DNA of 64,000 bases. It comes from Alphaproteobacteria bacterium. GTDB taxonomy: Bacteria > Pseudomonadota > Alphaproteobacteria > Bin95. Below the pieces are notes generated by a model. The model had not been told where the DNA came from and ran no database searches. It saw only the letters and a list, made by a program, of their open reading frames with translations. This document shows positions 19,264-29,409 of the stretch, piece by piece; position 1 is the stretch's first letter, and each line of letters starts with the position of its first letter. The stretch is taken from contig CAXXWS020000003.1 of the NCBI GenBank assembly GCA_963665325.3, positions 448,001-512,000 on the forward strand, in the 5' to 3' direction. The position numbers and the translations under genes were made by a program.

Positions 19264-21102
19264 ATGAGCGGGTACGATGTCATCGTGGTCGGCGGCGGCC
19301 ATGCGGGCTGCGAAGCGGCAGCGGCGGCGGCCCGGAGGGGCGCGCAAACGCTGCTGGTCACGCACAAGCTTGAAACCATCGGCGAGATGTCCTGCAACCC
19401 GGCCATCGGCGGGCTCGGCAAGGGCCACCTGGTGCGCGAGATCGACGCTCTGGACGGCATCATGGGCCGCGCCATCGACCGGGCGGGCATACAGTTCCGG
19501 ATGCTGAACCGCAGCAAGGGGCCGGCCGTGCAGGGGCCGCGCGCCCAGGCCGACCGCAAGCTGTACCGCCTGGCGGTCCGAGCGCTGCTTGACGACCAGC
19601 CCGACCTCGAATTGCGCGCCGGCGCTGTGGAGGATCTCGTTCTGGACCGACGGGGACGAATCGCGGGCATTGCGCTCGCAGGCGGGGACATCATCGCCGC
19701 CGGGGCGGTCGTACTTACCACCGGAACCTTCCTGCGCGGCATGATCCATATCGGCAGGGAGACCGTGCCGGCAGGGCGGGTGGGCGACGCGCCGGCGGTC
19801 GGTCTGGCGCGGACGCTGGAAGGCCTCGACCTGCCGATGGGCCGGCTCAAGACGGGCACGCCGCCGCGCCTCGACGGCCGCAGCATCGCCACGGGCCGGC
19901 TGGAAGAGCAGGCGGGGGACGACCCGCCGGTGCCATTCTCGGCCATGACCGACGGCATAGACGTGCCGCAAACGGTCTGCCACGTGACGGCAACGGTACC
20001 GGAGACTCACGCGCTGGTGAGGGCCAATCTCGGCGAGACGGCCGTCTATGCCGGGCGGATCGGGGGCGCCGGGCCGCGCTATTGCCCCTCCATCGAGGAC
20101 AAGGTGGTGCGCTTTCCCGACAGGGCAGGTCACCGGATCTTCCTGGAGCCCGAGGGGCTGGACGACCCGACAGTCTATCCGAACGGCATCTCTACGGCGC
20201 TGCCGGAGGCGGTCCAGCGTGCCATGCTGAAGACGATCCCCGGCCTCGAGGATGCGGTCATGCTGCGGCCGGGCTACGCGATCGAATACGATTTCGTGGA
20301 CCCGCGCGCGCTCCGCCCGACGCTGGAACTCCGGGCCGTGCCGGGCCTTTACCTGGCCGGACAGATCAACGGCACGACCGGCTATGAGGAGGCTGCCGCG
20401 CAGGGCCTGGCTGCCGGGCTCAACGCTGCGGGCGCCGAGACCGTGTTCGACCGGGCCGAAGCCTATATCGGCGTGTTGATCGACGACCTGGTGACGCGCG
20501 GCGCGGACGAGCCCTACCGCATGTTTACCTCCCGCGCCGAATACCGCCTGAGCCTCCGGGCCGACAATGCTGACCTGCGGCTGACCGCGCGCGGCATTGC
20601 GCTTGGCTGCGTGGGCGCTGAGCGCGCGCAGCGGTTCGAGGCGCGGCGGAGCGCACTGGCGGAAGCGGAAGTGCGTGTCCGGCAGGTCGGCGGGTCGCCC
20701 GCGGCGCTCGCGGCGCTCGGTTTCCGGGTGAATGCGGACGGACGGCGGCGGAGCGCGTTCGACCTGCTCGGATATCGCGATGTCGACTGGGCGCGGGTCG
20801 CAGCCGCGTGGCCGGAACTGGCCGATATTCCCCCGGATATTGCCGGCCAGATCTCGATCGAGGCGGTCTATGCCGCCTATCTGGGCCGACAGGCGGCTGA
20901 CATCCGAGCCTACCGGAAGGACGAAGCGCTCCGTCTCCCCGAGGCGCTGGACTATGCGGCCGTTCGCGGCCTGTCCAACGAAGCGCGCGAAAGGCTTGCC
21001 GCCGCCAGGCCCGAGACGTTGGGCGCGGCCGGGCGGATGCCGGGGATCACGCCCGCCGCCGTCACCCTGCTGCTGCGGCATGTCCAGCGCGCTTGCGCCT
21101 GA
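19264..21102 (+). CDS. mnmG: tRNA uridine-5-carboxymethylaminomethyl modification enzyme
   Basis: [36 protein letters not shown] and [17 protein letters not shown] motifs. Confidence 0.97.
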   Translation: MSGYDVIVVGGGHAGCEAAAAAARRGAQTLLVTHKLETIGEMSCNPAIGGLGKGHLVREIDALDGIMGRAIDRAGIQFRMLNRSKGPAVQGPRAQADRKLYRLAVRALLDDQPDLELRAGAVEDLVLDRRGRIAGIALAGGDIIAAGAVVLTTGTFLRGMIHIGRETVPAGRVGDAPAVGLARTLEGLDLPMGRLKTGTPPRLDGRSIATGRLEEQAGDDPPVPFSAMTDGIDVPQTVCHVTATVPETHALVRANLGETAVYAGRIGGAGPRYCPSIEDKVVRFPDRAGHRIFLEPEGLDDPTVYPNGISTALPEAVQRAMLKTIPGLEDAVMLRPGYAIEYDFVDPRALRPTLELRAVPGLYLAGQINGTTGYEEAAAQGLAAGLNAAGAETVFDRAEAYIGVLIDDLVTRGADEPYRMFTSRAEYRLSLRADNADLRLTARGIALGCVGAERAQRFEARRSALAEAEVRVRQVGGSPAALAALGFRVNADGRRRSAFDLLGYRDVDWARVAAAWPELADIPPDIAGQISIEAVYAAYLGRQAADIRAYRKDEALRLPEALDYAAVRGLSNEARERLAAARPETLGAAGRMPGITPAAVTLLLRHVQRACA

Positions 21103-21694
21103 GGCGTTCGCGCGCATGGCCGATGTTTCACGTGAAACGACGGATCGTCTCGCCCGCCATCTGGACCTGTTGCGCCGATGGCAGACACGAATCAACCTGG
21201 TGGGCGCCGCGACCCTCTCCGACCCCTGGCGGCGCCATGTGCTCGACAGCGCGCAGCTCGCGCCCCTGATCCCCGCGGGCGCGCGGCTGGCGGATCTGGG
21301 CTCCGGCGCGGGATTCCCGGGCCTGGTCCTCGCCATCTTGCGGGGCGGCCCCGTGCACCTCATCGAGAGCGATGCCCGCAAGGCGGCTTTCCTGCGCGAA
21401 GCGGTTCGGGCGACCGGCGCCCCGGCCGAAGTGCATAACGCTCGCGCAGAAAATCTGGAACTCAGGGCGAATGTCGTCACTGCGAGGGCCTGCGCGCCGC
21501 TCGACCGGCTGCTCGGCCTTGCCTTGCCCCTGCTGGCGCCGGGTGGCATCTGCCTCTTCCTGAAGGGCGCGCGGGTCGAGGAAGAACTCGCGGCCGCCCG
21601 GCGGCGCTGGCGGATGACCGTGCGCCGGCGCCGCAGCCGCAGCGCTCCGGAGGGCGTTGTGCTGGAGCTCGGCGGACTGGCCCATGCCGGCTAA
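21080..21694 (+). CDS. rsmG: 16S rRNA m7G527 methyltransferase
   Basis: [21 protein letters not shown] and VTARA motifs; follows mnmG. Confidence 0.93.
   Translation: MSSALAPEAFARMADVSRETTDRLARHLDLLRRWQTRINLVGAATLSDPWRRHVLDSAQLAPLIPAGARLADLGSGAGFPGLVLAILRGGPVHLIESDARKAAFLREAVRATGAPAEVHNARAENLELRANVVTARACAPLDRLLGLALPLLAPGGICLFLKGARVEEELAAARRRWRMTVRRRRSRSAPEGVVLELGGLAHAG
21124..21139. promoter_or_regulatory. parS: parS site inside rsmG (encodes VSRET)
   Basis: TGTTTCACGTGAAACG. Confidence 0.9.
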
Positions 21695-22475
21695 AGGCGT
21701 GCGCATCCACGCCGTCGTCAACCAAAAGGGCGGCGTCGCCAAGACGACCACGGCCGTCAATCTGGCGGCTGCGCTCGCCGCGACCGGCCGCCGCTCGCTG
21801 CTGGTCGACCTCGATCCCCAGGGCAATGCCAGCACCGGCCTCGGCGTCGGTCCCGACCGTCGCCGCATGGGTGCATGGGACCTCATGCTCGCCGGAGCCG
21901 GGGTCGGCGACGCTGCGCTCGGCACAGCCATTGCCGGCTTCGACCTCGTGCCGGCCACGGAGCGGCTGTTCGGCGCAGAATTGGAACTGGCTGGCGCTCC
22001 GTCGCGGGAGACGCGGTTGCGCAAGGCCTTGAGAGATGCCGACGGGCTCTACGATTACGTGCTGATCGATTGCCCCCCGTCGCTGGGCCTCCTGACGGTC
22101 AACGCGCTCACCGCCGCCAGGCGGGTCCTCGTGCCGTTGCAGGCCGAGTTCCTCGCGCTCGAAGGTCTTGTGCTTCTGAAACAGACTGTCGAGGCCGTGC
22201 GCGGCGCGCTTAATCCGAACCTCGTCTATGCGGGGATCCTGCTGACCATGTCGGACCGCCGCAACCGGCTCGCCGCAGAGGTCGAGGCGGATGTGCGCGG
22301 ACACCCCGAGTTCGGACGCCTCGTCTACGACACCGTCATCCCCCGCAATGTGCGCGTGTCGGAGGCGCCCTCGCACGGCAAGCCCGTGATTGTCTACGAT
22401 ATGATGGCCAGCGGCTCGCAAGCCTATATCCGTTTTGCGGGCGAGTTCCTGCGCCGGGAGGAAGGCGCCACATGA
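21684..22475 (+). CDS. parA: Chromosome partitioning ATPase
   Basis: NQKGGVAKTTT, DLDPQGNAS, IDCPPSLG and IPRNVRVSEAPSHG motifs. Confidence 0.95.
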   Translation: MPAKGVRIHAVVNQKGGVAKTTTAVNLAAALAATGRRSLLVDLDPQGNASTGLGVGPDRRRMGAWDLMLAGAGVGDAALGTAIAGFDLVPATERLFGAELELAGAPSRETRLRKALRDADGLYDYVLIDCPPSLGLLTVNALTAARRVLVPLQAEFLALEGLVLLKQTVEAVRGALNPNLVYAGILLTMSDRRNRLAAEVEADVRGHPEFGRLVYDTVIPRNVRVSEAPSHGKPVIVYDMMASGSQAYIRFAGEFLRREEGAT

Positions 22476-23323
22476 GCACCGACAGACCCGCCCGCCTCGG
22501 CAGCGGCCTTTCGACGCTGATCCCCGACGCGCCGGCCGCGGACCGGGCCTCGCCGGCAGGCGGGCGCGCAATCCCCGTCGACCGGCTCGTGCCGGGCCGG
22601 TTCCAGCCGCGGCGGCGCTTCGGCGAGCCGGCGCTGAACGCGCTGGCCCGGTCGATCCGCGACCACGGCGTTCTGCAGCCGCTCCTGGTGCGGCCTGTGG
22701 CGGAAGACCCCGCTCGCTACGAGATCGTCGCCGGCGAGCGCCGCTGGCTGGCCGCACGGCGCGCCGGGCTCGCGGAAGTGCCGGCCGTGGTAAGCGACCT
22801 GGACGACAGGGCGGCAATGGAGGCCGCGCTCGCCGAGAACATCCAGCGCAACGCCCTTACGCCGATCGAGGAGGCCGAAGGATACAAGCGCCTCCTGGAA
22901 GAGTTCGGCTGCACCCAGGAACGGTTGTCGACGGTCGTCGGGCGGAGCCGGCCGCATATCGCCAACACGCTGCGGCTGCTTACGCTGCCGGAGCATGTGC
23001 GCAACCTTGTCGATGACAGAACGCTTTCCGCCGGCCATGCCCGCGCCCTGCTCGCGGCTCCCGACCCGGTCCGCCTGGCGAACCGGGTGGTGGCCGAAGG
23101 GATGAGCGTGCGCCGCGTCGAACGTCTCGTCAGCGGGCAGCAGGACACACGCCGGCGACGGACGGGAGCCAAGGACGCCGATGTGCTGGCGCTCGAACAG
23201 GAACTCGCCGACTCCCTCGGGATCCGGGTGTCGGTAGCGCAAAAGGGCGATGGCGGCAGCCTCACCCTCCATTACCGCAGCCTGGACCAGCTCGACGACC
23301 TGTTGGGCCGTCTCAGGCGTTAG
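22472..23323 (+). CDS. parB: Chromosome partitioning protein ParB
   Basis: QPRR, GVLQPLLVR, IVAGERRW, ENIQR and HTH RSRPHIANTLRLL. Confidence 0.95.
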   Translation: MSTDRPARLGSGLSTLIPDAPAADRASPAGGRAIPVDRLVPGRFQPRRRFGEPALNALARSIRDHGVLQPLLVRPVAEDPARYEIVAGERRWLAARRAGLAEVPAVVSDLDDRAAMEAALAENIQRNALTPIEEAEGYKRLLEEFGCTQERLSTVVGRSRPHIANTLRLLTLPEHVRNLVDDRTLSAGHARALLAAPDPVRLANRVVAEGMSVRRVERLVSGQQDTRRRRTGAKDADVLALEQELADSLGIRVSVAQKGDGGSLTLHYRSLDQLDDLLGRLRR

Positions 23324-23498
23324 CCCGCAGCTTGCGGCGCGGCCGGGCCGCCACAATCCTCGACGCGCCTCCGGAGAAAACGGACCCCTTGCGCCGGAGA
23401 GTGCGCTTGGGCCGTGAATGGTGTCATAGTGCGAGGGTCGACATTCGTTCCGGCGGCAGTGCGAGCCGGAACGAACACCAGGGAGAGAGGGTTCAACG

Positions 23499-24647
23499 AT
23501 GAGAAGAACGACAGTGTTTCTTGCTGCGCTTGCCGCGACCGCCATCGCGGGCGGTTCGGTCGGTCATGCAGGGGACGTCAAGCTCCCCGATACGCTTGTG
23601 ACCACGGCGTACAATACGGGCACGACCGGCTACAGCCAGATGATTGCGGTCGGCGGCATGCTGAAGAAGCGGTATGGCGTCAATCTTCGCGTTCTGCCCG
23701 GCAAGAACGACGTAGCGCGCCTGGCGCCGGTCAAGGCGGGCAAGGCGCAGTTCACGGCGACGGGCTCCGACAGCGTTTACGCGCAAGAGGCGGTCTTTGC
23801 GTTCGGCGGCGAGAAATGGGGACCGTCCCCCGTTCGTCTTCTCATGCTCAATCGAGGCAAGGGCTGCACGACCTTCGCCGTCGCAGAGGACACGGGCGTG
23901 AAGACGATGGCCGACCTCAAGGGCAAGCGCATCGGCTGGGTGCGGGGATCGCCGGCGCTCCAGAAAGCCGTCGAAGCATTGCTCGGGTTCGCCGACCTGA
24001 CCACCGACGATGTGCAGCTTGTGGAGGTCGGCGGCTGGGCGGCGTCGATCAACGGCATTATCGACGGCGACATCGACGCGTCGATCACCTCGTCGAGCTC
24101 GACCTTCATGAAGAAGATGGAAGCGAGCCCGCGCGGCGTCTTTCATCCGCCGCTGCCGCACTCGGACGCCGATGGTTGGGCACGCGTGCAGAAAGTCGTT
24201 CCCTGGTATGTGCAGGGCATATGCACGCACGGTCCCGGCGTTCCCGACGGGCGGCAGGAGTCGATCGCCAGCATCTATCCGATCCTGATCAGCACAACCG
24301 CGGTTTCCGACGAGGTCGCTTACAGCCTGACCAAGGCCATGGTGACGCATTTCGACGACTACAAGGATGGCGCGCCCGCCGCCGACGGTTGGGCTCTGGA
24401 CCGCCAGCTCTACAACTTCTACCTGCCGATGCATCCGGGCTCGATCGCCTATTACAAGGAGGCCGGCACCTGGAACGCCGAAGGCCAGGCGAACCAGGAG
24501 GACAAGCTGCGCCGCCAGGATGTCCTGAAGAAGGCCTGGGACGCCCATGTGGCGAGCGGGCCTGCCGATTTCGTGAAGGAGTGGCAGGCGTCCAGGGCCA
24601 TGGCGCTGAGCGACGCCGGATTCGACCCCGTCTTCACCTCCTGGTAA
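23499..24647 (+). CDS. TAXI-family TRAP transporter solute-binding protein
   Basis: Signal peptide; DLKGKR and PMHPG motifs; precedes a fused TRAP permease. Confidence 0.88.
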   Translation: MRRTTVFLAALAATAIAGGSVGHAGDVKLPDTLVTTAYNTGTTGYSQMIAVGGMLKKRYGVNLRVLPGKNDVARLAPVKAGKAQFTATGSDSVYAQEAVFAFGGEKWGPSPVRLLMLNRGKGCTTFAVAEDTGVKTMADLKGKRIGWVRGSPALQKAVEALLGFADLTTDDVQLVEVGGWAASINGIIDGDIDASITSSSSTFMKKMEASPRGVFHPPLPHSDADGWARVQKVVPWYVQGICTHGPGVPDGRQESIASIYPILISTTAVSDEVAYSLTKAMVTHFDDYKDGAPAADGWALDRQLYNFYLPMHPGSIAYYKEAGTWNAEGQANQEDKLRRQDVLKKAWDAHVASGPADFVKEWQASRAMALSDAGFDPVFTSW

Positions 24648-24660
24648 TCCGAGCCGTTCC

Positions 24661-24719
24661 GGGGCGGACGGCCGGCCGGGCCCGGGCAAAAGAGCCCCGG
24701 TCCTGCCGCCGGCCGCCCC
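24661..24719 (+). other. GC-rich intercistronic stem-loop (possible mRNA-stabilising hairpin)
   Basis: GGGGCGG...CCGCCCC arms with internal pairing between the binding-protein and permease genes. Confidence 0.45.
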
Positions 24720-24756
24720 AAGCGGTTCTTGACCCGCACGGGGGGTAGCGAGAGCC

Positions 24757-26778
24757 ATGTCCGACGAGCCGGGCGCCGGGGCGCCGGCTGCAGAAGCCGG
24801 TGGCGAGGTCGAAGACTTCGAACTGTCACGCTATCGCAGTCCGGGGCGCTGGTGGGTCTCGGTCGCCTTTCTGCTGACGGCCATATCCGTGTCGCTGGCG
24901 GTCAACCAGATTTTCCGCCTGAATTTCTTCAAGAACGTCACCGGCCACGTGCTTGTCGACCAGCAATACATGTATCTGATCCTCGGATCGATGCTGGCGA
25001 TGCTGTTCATCTTCATGCCGGCCTACAAGACGGCGCCGCGCCGGACCGTTCCGCTCTACGATATCGCCGCATTCTTCGTCACGCTCGTGCTGACGACCTA
25101 TTTCACCTGGCACGGCGAAGCCATCAATGAGGAAATCTGGGCCGAGACCTTTCTGGCGCCCTGGCATGCGCCCTGGTTCGCCGTAGCCCTCTGGCTGCTG
25201 ATCCTCGAAGGAGGGCGGCGCGCCGGCGGCTGGCCGGTTTTTGCGGTCTGCCTGACGGCATCCTTCCTTCCGGTCTATCTGAACATCATCGTTCCGGATG
25301 CCGCCGTCGAGCGAACGGTGGTGGAAACGGCCTCATATCATGTCTATTCGGAGGAGAGCGTACTCGGAATCCCGATGCGCGCCTTCACGACACTGGTTTT
25401 CGGCTTCCTGCTGTTCGGAAACGCGCTGGTCTATACGGGCGGCGGCCAGTTCTTCATCAATCTCGCCTTCGCGCTTCTGGGCCATGTCCGCGGCGGTCCC
25501 GCCAAGGTGGCCATTTTCTCTTCGGGCCTCTTCGGCTCGATGTCGGGCGGGCCGATCACCAATGTGCTCACGACCGGGGCGCTGACCATCCCCGCGATGA
25601 AGCGCATCGGCGTGCGGGCGAAAACCGCGGGCGCCATCGAAGCCTGCGCGTCCACCGGCGGCACGATGATGCCGCCGATCATGGGCGCCACCGCCTTTGT
25701 CATGGCGGACTTTCTCGATGTGTCCTACCTGACCGTCGCCATCGCCGCTCTCGTGCCGTCGCTGCTCTACTATTTCGGGCTGTTCATGCAGATCGACGCC
25801 TATGCGGCGCAGAACCGGCTGGTCGGCCTCGACCGCTCGGAGCTCCCGACCCTCGGAGCCGTGTTCAGAGACGGCTGGTACTATGTGGCCGCGTTCGGCG
25901 TCCTGATCTACCTGCTCGTCTTCCTCTGGCGGGAGGCCCAGGCGCCGTTCTACGCCACCTTGCTCCTCCTCGCCGTCAACCAGTTCAACAAGAACCACAG
26001 GCTGAGCTGGGCGACCTTCAAGACATACATCTACTCGACGGGCGGCCTGCTAGCCGAACTGGCCGGGCTGCTTGCCGCGGTGGGGCTCGTCGTCGGCGCG
26101 CTGCAAGCGACGGGCATGACGGGATCGATCACCAACGACCTGGTCAATCTCGCGGGAGACACGCCGTTCGTTCTGCTCCTCATGGGGGCGGTGACGAGCT
26201 TCATCCTCGGCATGGGGATGACGGTGACGGCGGCTTACATCTTTCTGGCCATCATTCTGGCGCCGGCGCTCATCAAGATCGGCATGGACCCGATGGCGGT
26301 GCACATGTTCGTGCTCTATTGGGGGATGCTGTCCTTCATCACGCCACCGGTGGCGCTCGCCGCGTTCGCGGCGGCGTCGGTCGCCAAATGCGAACCGCTG
26401 GAGACCGGCTTCGAAGCGATGCGCATAGGAGCGGTGATCTACTTCATCCCGTTCTTCTTCGTCTTCAATCCCGCCTTGCTGCTCCAGGGCGCACCGGGCG
26501 AAACGGTGGTCGTGCTGATTACCGCGGTCTGCGGCATCCTGCTCGTGAGCGCCGGCCTTCAGGGCTACCTTGTCGGCGTCGGCGATGTCGGCCGCGGGCC
26601 GCTCGGATGGATCGCGCGCCTGTCGCTTGCGCTCGGCGGGGCCGCGCTTGCCGCTCCGGGCGGCGGGATGATCGGCGTCGGGCATACCGAGTTGACGCTG
26701 CTTGCCGTGGCCTTGGCGGCACCGGGCATATCGATCGCTCTGACGCGCGCCCGGGGTCGTCCGCGCGCGGTCATGTGA
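24757..26778 (+). CDS. TRAP transporter 4TM/12TM fused permease
   Basis: GGPAKVAI, AIEACASTGG..MPPIMGA and ITPPVALAAF motifs. Confidence 0.92.
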   Translation: MSDEPGAGAPAAEAGGEVEDFELSRYRSPGRWWVSVAFLLTAISVSLAVNQIFRLNFFKNVTGHVLVDQQYMYLILGSMLAMLFIFMPAYKTAPRRTVPLYDIAAFFVTLVLTTYFTWHGEAINEEIWAETFLAPWHAPWFAVALWLLILEGGRRAGGWPVFAVCLTASFLPVYLNIIVPDAAVERTVVETASYHVYSEESVLGIPMRAFTTLVFGFLLFGNALVYTGGGQFFINLAFALLGHVRGGPAKVAIFSSGLFGSMSGGPITNVLTTGALTIPAMKRIGVRAKTAGAIEACASTGGTMMPPIMGATAFVMADFLDVSYLTVAIAALVPSLLYYFGLFMQIDAYAAQNRLVGLDRSELPTLGAVFRDGWYYVAAFGVLIYLLVFLWREAQAPFYATLLLLAVNQFNKNHRLSWATFKTYIYSTGGLLAELAGLLAAVGLVVGALQATGMTGSITNDLVNLAGDTPFVLLLMGAVTSFILGMGMTVTAAYIFLAIILAPALIKIGMDPMAVHMFVLYWGMLSFITPPVALAAFAAASVAKCEPLETGFEAMRIGAVIYFIPFFFVFNPALLLQGAPGETVVVLITAVCGILLVSAGLQGYLVGVGDVGRGPLGWIARLSLALGGAALAAPGGGMIGVGHTELTLLAVALAAPGISIALTRARGRPRAVM

Positions 26779-26848
26779 CGTGAGCGGATAAAACCGCAGG
26801 CGGGGAAACCGCGAGGCGCCCGACCTGCCGAAGCCGCCGGGCAGAAAA

Positions 26849-27457
26849 TCAGCCGGCGATTCTCGTGCGCAGCTTCAATAGCAGCCCGTCCAGACCGCCG
26901 GCTTCGAGCACGATTGCCGAAAACTCCTCACGCTGGGCGATGACCATGCTTACCCCTTCGATCACGAGGTCGGTGATTGCATGTTTCCCGTCCGTGCTGT
27001 CCACCCTCCAGTCGAGCAGGACGGGCGCTCCCTCGGTGCGCGTCGCCGTCGTATAGACCATCGACCAGCCTTCGAAGTCCCTGACCCCGTCCACCGTGAT
27101 GTCCAGGCCCGCCAGATCCTCGAACCGGCCGGCGTAGAGGCCGGAAAGATAGTCTTCCAGCAGCCTCCTGAATTCCGCCCGTTTCGACGGAGGCGCCCGC
27201 CGCCAGTGCCGTCCCAGCACTAGCTTGCCGATCTTGTCCAGATCGAAGTCCCTGTTCAACACTTCGCGGAAGCGGGCCTTTCTTTCTTCGAGCGGCGTCG
27301 TGGGGTCCGTCAGTTGCGGGAGAACCTTTGTAGCGAGTTCCTGAATAAACCCGCCTGCGCCGCTGTCTGCCGCCGCCGATCCGGCGACCGTGAACAGGAG
27401 GAATGGCAGGAAGAGGGCAAGGCGCAGAGGACGCATGGCGATTTTCCCCGGTTTCAT
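26849..27457 (-). CDS. mlaC: MlaC/Ttg2D phospholipid-binding protein
   Basis: LVLGRHWR; DLVIEGVSMVIAQREEF. Confidence 0.88.
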   Translation of the reverse strand: MKPGKIAMRPLRLALFLPFLLFTVAGSAAADSGAGGFIQELATKVLPQLTDPTTPLEERKARFREVLNRDFDLDKIGKLVLGRHWRRAPPSKRAEFRRLLEDYLSGLYAGRFEDLAGLDITVDGVRDFEGWSMVYTTATRTEGAPVLLDWRVDSTDGKHAITDLVIEGVSMVIAQREEFSAIVLEAGGLDGLLLKLRTRIAG

Positions 27458-28335
27458 TGGCCTGGCCGGTCGCGGCTGAAATCGGGCCGCGGCGGCGGGT
27501 AGGCATATTCGTCACCCGATTTGTCCTTGCCGCCCGACAAGTACATCTCGGTGCCGCTGTCGATCTCGAAGGCCCGGCGCTGACGGTAAAGCGTGCGGAT
27601 GAAGGCATAGTAGTCGAGCGAGTTCGCCTTGAAATCGTCGAGCGTTTCCAGGTTGCGGTAGCGGAAATCGAGGGTTGCGGCACCTGCGCGGACCAGCGGC
27701 ATATGGTCGAGATCCGCCCTGCGGAATGCGATATCGACAGGATCCGCCACGCCCTGGACGAGCAGGCCGGCGGCATCGCGAACATTCGAGGGTCCGGCAA
27801 TCGGCAATACCAGATACGGGCCGTCGCCGACGCCCCATGCGGCAAGCGTGCTCCCGAAATCCGTGCTGCGGTGGGGAAGCCCCTGTTTTTCGGCAACATC
27901 GTACAGGCCGGCGAAACCGACCATCGTGTTGATAACGAACCGCTGCGCCGTATCGCCGGATCGTTTCCACTCGCCCTGGGCGACATCGTTGACGAAAGTA
28001 AAGGGCAGCGACAGGTGGCGCACAACATTGCGGACGCCCCTCCGGACCGCGCCTGGCACCACTGCGCCATAGACGACGGCGGCGGGGCGCAGAATTATCG
28101 TATCCAGTGCTTCGTTGATCGCGAAGACCAGCCGGTTCAGCGGCTCCAGCGGATCGCTGAACACCACTTCCTGCGGTTCCTCACCGGCACTGGACGGCAG
28201 CGGCGCGGCGACGGAAAGCAGGCAGGCCAGAAAGATCGCAACCGCCAGGCTGCGCAGCCGCCAGACCGGGGCTGGGGGCTCGTCCACAACAAGGCCTCGG
28301 TCTGCGCCGGGCGTTTGCTCGAAACCCTCTCGCAT
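27454..28335 (-). CDS. mlaA: MlaA/VacJ lipoprotein
   Basis: DPLEPLNR, RFVINT, DFGSTLAAWGVGDGPYLVLP..GPS motifs; start uncertain. Confidence 0.9.
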   Translation of the reverse strand: MREGFEQTPGADRGLVVDEPPAPVWRLRSLAVAIFLACLLSVAAPLPSSAGEEPQEVVFSDPLEPLNRLVFAINEALDTIILRPAAVVYGAVVPGAVRRGVRNVVRHLSLPFTFVNDVAQGEWKRSGDTAQRFVINTMVGFAGLYDVAEKQGLPHRSTDFGSTLAAWGVGDGPYLVLPIAGPSNVRDAAGLLVQGVADPVDIAFRRADLDHMPLVRAGAATLDFRYRNLETLDDFKANSLDYYAFIRTLYRQRRAFEIDSGTEMYLSGGKDKSGDEYAYPPPRPDFSRDRPGQ

Positions 28336-28523
28336 CTGCGTTGTCGGACCCTCGGAGAGTATCGTTGCAAGTGGTTAGCATACAAGTTTGGGCCCGGAAA
28401 CCGCGCGGCGGGCGCGCGAAGGTGACAGGGCAGTCAGGCGACCCTATAAGAGGTTTGCATCATGCAACAGCCCGCCGACACTCATCTTCCGCCGGCCGCC
28501 TGGCGCGGCCCGGAGCGTGCCTT

Positions 28524-29402
28524 GTGACGCTGGCGGTCTCCTTCGAATTCTTTCCGCCGAAGACGCCGGCAGGCGAAGGCGGCCTCCGGCGCACCCTGGA
28601 CGCCCTGTCGCCGCTCGGCCCCCGCTTCGTGTCCGTCACCTGCGGCGCCGGCGGTGGCGGGGGGACAAGCGCACACGGGCGCACCGCGGCGGTCGCGGCC
28701 CGGACTGCCCGGGAGACGGGCCTTCCCGTTGCGGCGCATCTGACCTGCGCCGGCGCGTCGCGAGAGGAGATCGACGACACCGCGAGGGCCTACTGGCAGG
28801 CGGGCATTCGCCATATCGTCGCACTGCGCGGCGATCCGCCTTCCGGCATAGGCGGGCGCTACCAACCGCATCCCGGCGGCTATGCCTATGCCCTCGATCT
28901 GGTTGCCGGGCTCCGGCGCCTGCACGACTTCGAGATCAGCGTCTCCGCCTATCCGGAAGGCCATCCCGACGCACCCGGCACCGCGTTCGAAATCGACTAC
29001 CTGAAGCGCAAGCTGGACGCTGGCGCCGCACGCGCGATCACCCAGTTTTTCTTCCAGACCGACAGCTATCTCCGCTTCCGGGACCGATGCCGCAAGGCCG
29101 GGATCGATTGCGAGATCGTCGCCGGCATCATGCCCATAGGGAAGTTCACCCAGGCAACCCGGTTCGCCCGGCTTTGCGGCGCGCGCGTGCCGGCCTGGCT
29201 CGCCGCCCAGTTCGAGGGCCTCGACGACGACCCCGAGACCCGGCGCATGGTCGCCGCCACAGTCGCTGTCGAGCAATGCCGGCGCCTGGAGGCCGAGGGT
29301 GTCGAGAGCCTCCACTTCTATACCCTGAACCGGCCCGAACTCACACGCGCGGTCTGCCATATGCTCGGCGTGCGCCCGAAACTGCGGCAGTCGGCGGCCT
29401 GA
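28524..29402 (+). CDS. metF: 5,10-methylenetetrahydrofolate reductase
   Basis: SFEFFPPK, ALRGD, AYPEGHP, ITQFFF and HFYTLN motifs. Confidence 0.95.
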   Translation: MTLAVSFEFFPPKTPAGEGGLRRTLDALSPLGPRFVSVTCGAGGGGGTSAHGRTAAVAARTARETGLPVAAHLTCAGASREEIDDTARAYWQAGIRHIVALRGDPPSGIGGRYQPHPGGYAYALDLVAGLRRLHDFEISVSAYPEGHPDAPGTAFEIDYLKRKLDAGAARAITQFFFQTDSYLRFRDRCRKAGIDCEIVAGIMPIGKFTQATRFARLCGARVPAWLAAQFEGLDDDPETRRMVAATVAVEQCRRLEAEGVESLHFYTLNRPELTRAVCHMLGVRPKLRQSAA

Positions 29403-29409
29403 ACTTCAG

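Noticed and set aside
28340-28520. SAM or SAH riboswitch upstream of metF
   Set aside because: No convincing match to SAM-II, SAM-SAH or SAH consensus by eye; needs cmscan.
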